Of a stretch of 61,955 bases of DNA, positions 58,387-61,955 are shown piece after piece. Within the stretch, counting starts at the first letter, position 1. Every line of letters begins with the position of its first letter. The notes below the pieces were generated by a model. The model did not search any database, was not told the DNA's origin, and saw only the letters and a list, made by a program, of their open reading frames with translations. The stretch comes from an uncultured Clostridia bacterium (GTDB taxonomy: Bacteria > Bacillota > Clostridia > UBA1381): the NCBI GenBank assembly GCA_947626045.1, contig CANQQS010000001.1:1-61955 (forward strand), in the 5' to 3' direction. Position numbers and translations under genes: made by a program.

Positions 58387-59002
58387 ATTCAACTGTCCAC
58401 TCGATCTTACCGGCAACGCCGCTCGTCATGCCCTTGCGCGCCTCGCTTACCGAGAACGCACGGTTCAGCGCCGAGCCGACGCTTCTGTAAATTGCTTCCC
58501 AGATGTGGTGTCCGTTGTGACCTTTTTGCAAATCTATGTGCATCGTACACATCGCTCCCTGGACAAAGCCTTCGAGGAACGTTTCCAAATCCTCGCTGTC
58601 CATGCCCTCGACCTTTGCTGCCGGTGTGTTGCCGTGGTAGTCGATATCTATGTACGCCCTGTCCTCAAAACTCACCGCGCACTCAGCTTTAGCCTCGTCG
58701 ATAATGCCTACCGCGTCGCCGAAGCCGTTCGCGCCGTCGGTTTTCTGCACGTACTCGCGCGCCGCCTTGCCCATAGCCATGCCGAGATCCTCGCATATGA
58801 CGTGTGTCAGTGTAAACTCGTCGAGCTTTATCTCGGTTTCGATATTAAATCCGCCGCGCCACGCAATATGCTCAATCATGTGATTGAGAAACGGCAGCGG
58901 GGTTTTTATATTTTTTCTGTAGTCGGGCTTGATCGGCGAAAAATCGAACACGACCTTCATTTCCGATTCCGTGGTTTTGCGCGTAACCTGTACCTTATCC
59001 AT
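58385..59002 (-). CDS. Divergent imidazoleglycerol-phosphate dehydratase (HisB)-fold protein
   Basis: RKTTES, FLNHM, DEA and NGHHIWEA retained; first HHxxE motif reads HVICE. Confidence 0.75.
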   Translation of the reverse strand: MDKVQVTRKTTESEMKVVFDFSPIKPDYRKNIKTPLPFLNHMIEHIAWRGGFNIETEIKLDEFTLTHVICEDLGMAMGKAAREYVQKTDGANGFGDAVGIIDEAKAECAVSFEDRAYIDIDYHGNTPAAKVEGMDSEDLETFLEGFVQGAMCTMHIDLQKGHNGHHIWEAIYRSVGSALNRAFSVSEARKGMTSGVAGKIEWTVE

Positions 59003-59004
59003 GA

Positions 59005-60303
59005 TTATTTCCTTTCCTTTACGGCTAATCCATGCGTATCGAAGCCTTCAACCTTCGCAAATCTGTACGCGTAGTCCCTTACCATTTCAAATCCGTCCTT
59101 CGACGCGTAGCCGACGGATGAACGCTTTAAGAAATCCTGCACGCTTACCGACGAATACGTTTTCGCAAAGCCGCCCGTCGGAAGTATAGCGTTCGGTCCC
59201 AAAACGAAGTTACAGAGCGTTACCGGCGTGTAGTCGCCCAAAAGTATTTCACCCGCGTTTTTGATTTTCGGGAGCGTGTCGAACGGCTTTTCCGTCATTA
59301 CCTCCATATGCTCCGGCGCGTAGTCGTTCACGAACGCGATAGACTCGTCGAGCGAATTTGTCAAAATTACGCCGCCGTATGTGGTGAGATTCGTTTCGAT
59401 AAATTCCTTGCGCTTGGGCGATATTTTTTCAAGCTGACGGTTCACGATCGGGATTACCGCGTCAACAAGTTCCTTTGAATGCGTTACGAGAAGCGCCGCG
59501 CTGTCCGGTCCGTGCTCGGCTTCTATCATCCAGTCGAGCGCGACCTTTTCGGGGTCTGCTTTTTCGTCGGCAAGAACTATTATCTCGCTCGGTCCCGCAG
59601 GAAGTCCCGCGTCGATCTGACTTGCCAGAACTCTTTTTGCTGCGGTCGCGTAGCTGTTGCCCGGTCCTATTACCTTGTGGCACTTCGGGATCGTTTCCGT
59701 TCCGTACGCGACAGCCGCTATCGCCTGTATGCCGCCTACCTTGTATATTTCCGTGATACCTATAATTTTCGCAGCCGCGAGTATAGCGTCGTCAACCTCG
59801 CCCTTTTCGTTCGGGGGCGTTACAACAACGATTTTCGGCACTTTCGCAACGACCGCCGGAATACCGAGCATACACAGTACCGACGGGAAGCTGCCCTTGC
59901 CGTGCGGCACGTACAGGCACACATCCACTATCGGCGTTGTTTTTTCGCCGACCATAAGACCGTCGTCCACCATCGTGAACCACATCTCCTCGGGGAGCTG
60001 CTTCTCGTGGAAATCGTAAATATTCTTGTACGCGTACTCGATCGCCTCGCGCGTTTCCTTGTCAAGACGGTTATAGCCCGCCTCGATCTCCTCCGGCTTT
60101 ACCTTCATCTGATCCGCCGTAAGCTGTACCCGGTCAAACTTCGCCGTGTATTCGAGTACCGCCTCGTCGCCTCGGTTTTTTATATCGTCCGAAACCTCCT
60201 TCGCGACCTTCATCTGCTCGGTTATGTCAAGCTCCGCGCGCTTCATTATGAAGTCGTATTGCTCCTTTGTCATTTTTGAAAGCTCATATATGTTGGGCTG
60301 CAT
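59005..60303 (-). CDS. Histidinol dehydrogenase (HisD)-family paralog
   Basis: GGIQAIAA.AYGTE, GPGN, AGPSE, AEHGPDS, APEHME; several substrate/Zn ligands altered. Confidence 0.85.
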   Translation of the reverse strand: MQPNIYELSKMTKEQYDFIMKRAELDITEQMKVAKEVSDDIKNRGDEAVLEYTAKFDRVQLTADQMKVKPEEIEAGYNRLDKETREAIEYAYKNIYDFHEKQLPEEMWFTMVDDGLMVGEKTTPIVDVCLYVPHGKGSFPSVLCMLGIPAVVAKVPKIVVVTPPNEKGEVDDAILAAAKIIGITEIYKVGGIQAIAAVAYGTETIPKCHKVIGPGNSYATAAKRVLASQIDAGLPAGPSEIIVLADEKADPEKVALDWMIEAEHGPDSAALLVTHSKELVDAVIPIVNRQLEKISPKRKEFIETNLTTYGGVILTNSLDESIAFVNDYAPEHMEVMTEKPFDTLPKIKNAGEILLGDYTPVTLCNFVLGPNAILPTGGFAKTYSSVSVQDFLKRSSVGYASKDGFEMVRDYAYRFAKVEGFDTHGLAVKERK

Positions 60304-60321
60304 AGTATCTCTCCTCGTGTT

Positions 60322-61446
60322 TTATTTTAATATATTTTTCATTTTATCGTAAAACGATTTCTTTTGCTTATAATTCCTGTCCTCGTCGAAGCTGCGGAGC
60401 ATTTCCTTTTGACGCGAGCTTAAATTGCGCGGCACTTCGACCGTCACCGTCACGTACTCGTCACCGCGCGACTTGCTTCGAAGATACGGTATTCCCTTGC
60501 CCTTCATGCGGAATTTTGAACCCGTCTGCGTGCCTTCGGGAATTGTAAGCTCGACCGCGCCGTCAAGCGTCGGTACTTGTATTTTCGCGCCGAGCGCCGC
60601 CTGCGCGAACGTTATCGGCATATCTATATACACGTCGTACTCGTCGCGTTTGAAAATCTCGTGCGGACGTACGCGCACCGTTATAAGCAAATCGCCGTTG
60701 GGCCCGCCTTTCGCTCCCGCTTCACCCTTGCCGGAAAGCTGAATCGTCTGACCGTTGTCGATGCCCGGCGGTATCTGTACTTCTATCGTCTTGTTCTTGC
60801 GGACAACACCCGTTCCGCGGCAGTCGCGGCACGGTTCTTTTATAATCTTACCGTCGCCGTGACACTGCGGACAGACCGTTTCCGTGGTCATGTAGCCCAA
60901 AATCGTGCGCTGCCTTGTCTGAACACGTCCCGTGCCGTGACAGTTCTGGCACGTTTCGACGGGCGTACCCTTTTTCGCGCCCGTGCCGCCGCACGATTCG
61001 CACTTTTCCTGCGCCGTCACGTTTATTTTTTTTGAGCAGCCGAATGCCGCCTCCTCAAATGTAATGTCTATCACCTGACGTATGTCCGCTCCGCGCTTTG
61101 GACCGTTTCTTGTTCGTCCGCCGCCGAAGCCGCCGCCGAATATGTCGCCGAATATATCTCCGAAGTCGAAGCCGCCGAAGCCGCCGCCGTTAAAGCCGCC
61201 GCCCGCGCCGAAGTTAGGATCTACGCCGGCGTGACCGAAACGGTCATATTTATCTCTCTTGTCCGCGTCGGAAAGCACCTGATAAGCCTCGTTTACCTCC
61301 TTGAACTTTTCCTCGGCTTCCTTGTCGCCGGGGTGAAGGTCGGGGTGGTACTCCTTGCTCTTTCTGCGGAACGCTTTCTTTATTTCATCGTCCGACGCGC
61401 CTTTTTGCACGCCTAAGACCTCGTAGTAATCTCTCTTGTCCGCCAA
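60322..61446 (-). CDS. dnaJ: Chaperone DnaJ
   Basis: DYYEVLG, HPD, G/F region, four CxxCxGxG repeats; probable TTG start. Confidence 0.97.
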   Translation of the reverse strand: MADKRDYYEVLGVQKGASDDEIKKAFRRKSKEYHPDLHPGDKEAEEKFKEVNEAYQVLSDADKRDKYDRFGHAGVDPNFGAGGGFNGGGFGGFDFGDIFGDIFGGGFGGGRTRNGPKRGADIRQVIDITFEEAAFGCSKKINVTAQEKCESCGGTGAKKGTPVETCQNCHGTGRVQTRQRTILGYMTTETVCPQCHGDGKIIKEPCRDCRGTGVVRKNKTIEVQIPPGIDNGQTIQLSGKGEAGAKGGPNGDLLITVRVRPHEIFKRDEYDVYIDMPITFAQAALGAKIQVPTLDGAVELTIPEGTQTGSKFRMKGKGIPYLRSKSRGDEYVTVTVEVPRNLSSRQKEMLRSFDEDRNYKQKKSFYDKMKNILK

Positions 61447-61536
61447 TTTTTTCACCTGCCTGTGATATTATACTAAATTTGGTTTGGTTTGTAAAGAGGT
61501 ATTTTGTTTGTGTGTAAATTATGATTTTGATGAGTG

Positions 61537-61852
61537 CGGGACGTCGTGGGCGCCGTCCCCTACACCCGTTATTTGTAAATAGTGCGCCGTAGGGGCTGGC
61601 GCCCTCGACAGCCCGTTTTCGTAGGGGCGAACCGTGTTCGCCCGTCAGGCCTCCCCTTGAGGGGAAGCTGTCACGAAGTGACTGATGAGGTGTAGCCCGT
61701 CAGGGCGTTATTATTCGGAAGATGCCGCAATAACGCTGCTTCGCAGCTACACCTGCTACGGCGTTTGTTGCTTCGCAACACGCCTACGACGCTAAAGCGT
61801 CGTCCACCTCATCCACCGCTGCGCGGTCCCCCTTCCCCTCAAGGGGAAGGCT
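61537..61852. repeat. REP/BIME-like mosaic with nested 55-nt insertion (61755-61809)
   Basis: 61537-61615 is the reverse complement of 13465-13543 with about 7 mismatches in 79; 61621-61644 is identical to 13549-13572; CCCCTTGAGGGGA doublet 61648-61852. Confidence 0.9.
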
Positions 61853-61877
61853 AATAAATCACAATCTACCGCAAACA

Positions 61878-61899
61878 GGGGCTGCCGTGTGGCAGCCCC
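61878..61899 (-). terminator. Hairpin/terminator after dnaK
   Basis: GGGGCTGCC-N4-GGCAGCCCC followed by TGTTT on the minus strand. Confidence 0.65.
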
Positions 61900-61906
61900 G
61901 CGCGTT

Positions 61907-61955
61907 TTACTGATTATCGTTGTCAACCTCGGTGTAGTCCGCTTCGTACACGTTC
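61907..61955 (-). CDS. dnaK: 3' end of chaperone DnaK (partial)
   Basis: ...NVYEADYTEVDNDNQ* resembles the DnaK C-terminal motif; directly upstream of dnaJ. Confidence 0.75.
   Translation of the reverse strand, partial: NVYEADYTEVDNDNQ

Noticed and set aside
184-61416. Many 60-290 aa ORFs antisense to or out of frame with real genes (e.g. 9269-10024, 24596-25465, 59479-60279)
   Set aside because: Shadow ORFs expected from biased codon usage; each overlaps a well-supported gene.

Overview
A chromosomal segment of an anaerobic Firmicute (inferred Clostridia from gene order), with almost all genes on the minus strand. It contains housekeeping blocks: ispH-S1/plsC/cmk/aroH/hutP-like; uvrC/ptsH; recA/cinA-C/thiI/cysteine desulfurase; yicC-remA-gmk-rpoZ-priA-def-fmt-rsmB-rlmN-stp-prkC-rsgA-rpe-thiN; rimM-trmD; and the dnaK 3' end with dnaJ. 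It also has a BlaI/BlaR1-like pair, a P-II/ammonium transporter operon with an ANTAR-like double attenuator, a YetA/PL26-like lyase coupled to malic enzyme, and an energy island (rnfCDGEAB, a trimeric NADH-dependent [FeFe]-hydrogenase with a Rex box, and hydEGF). I saw no rRNA, tRNA, CRISPR array, transposase or prophage. The most unusual signals are four. (1) Four intergenic mosaics of REP-like palindromes, three of which carry the same ~55-nt two-hairpin mini-element inserted into different host palindromes. (2) The 12-mer GGGGACACTAAA repeated in different reading frames inside hydF and as a perfect 30-bp palindrome 15 kb away. (3) A stand-alone HisD-like/HisB-like pair with systematically altered active-site residues. 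(4) An unannotated 49-aa gene with a perfect sigma-A promoter. All calls come from motif recognition by eye; no database searches were run.
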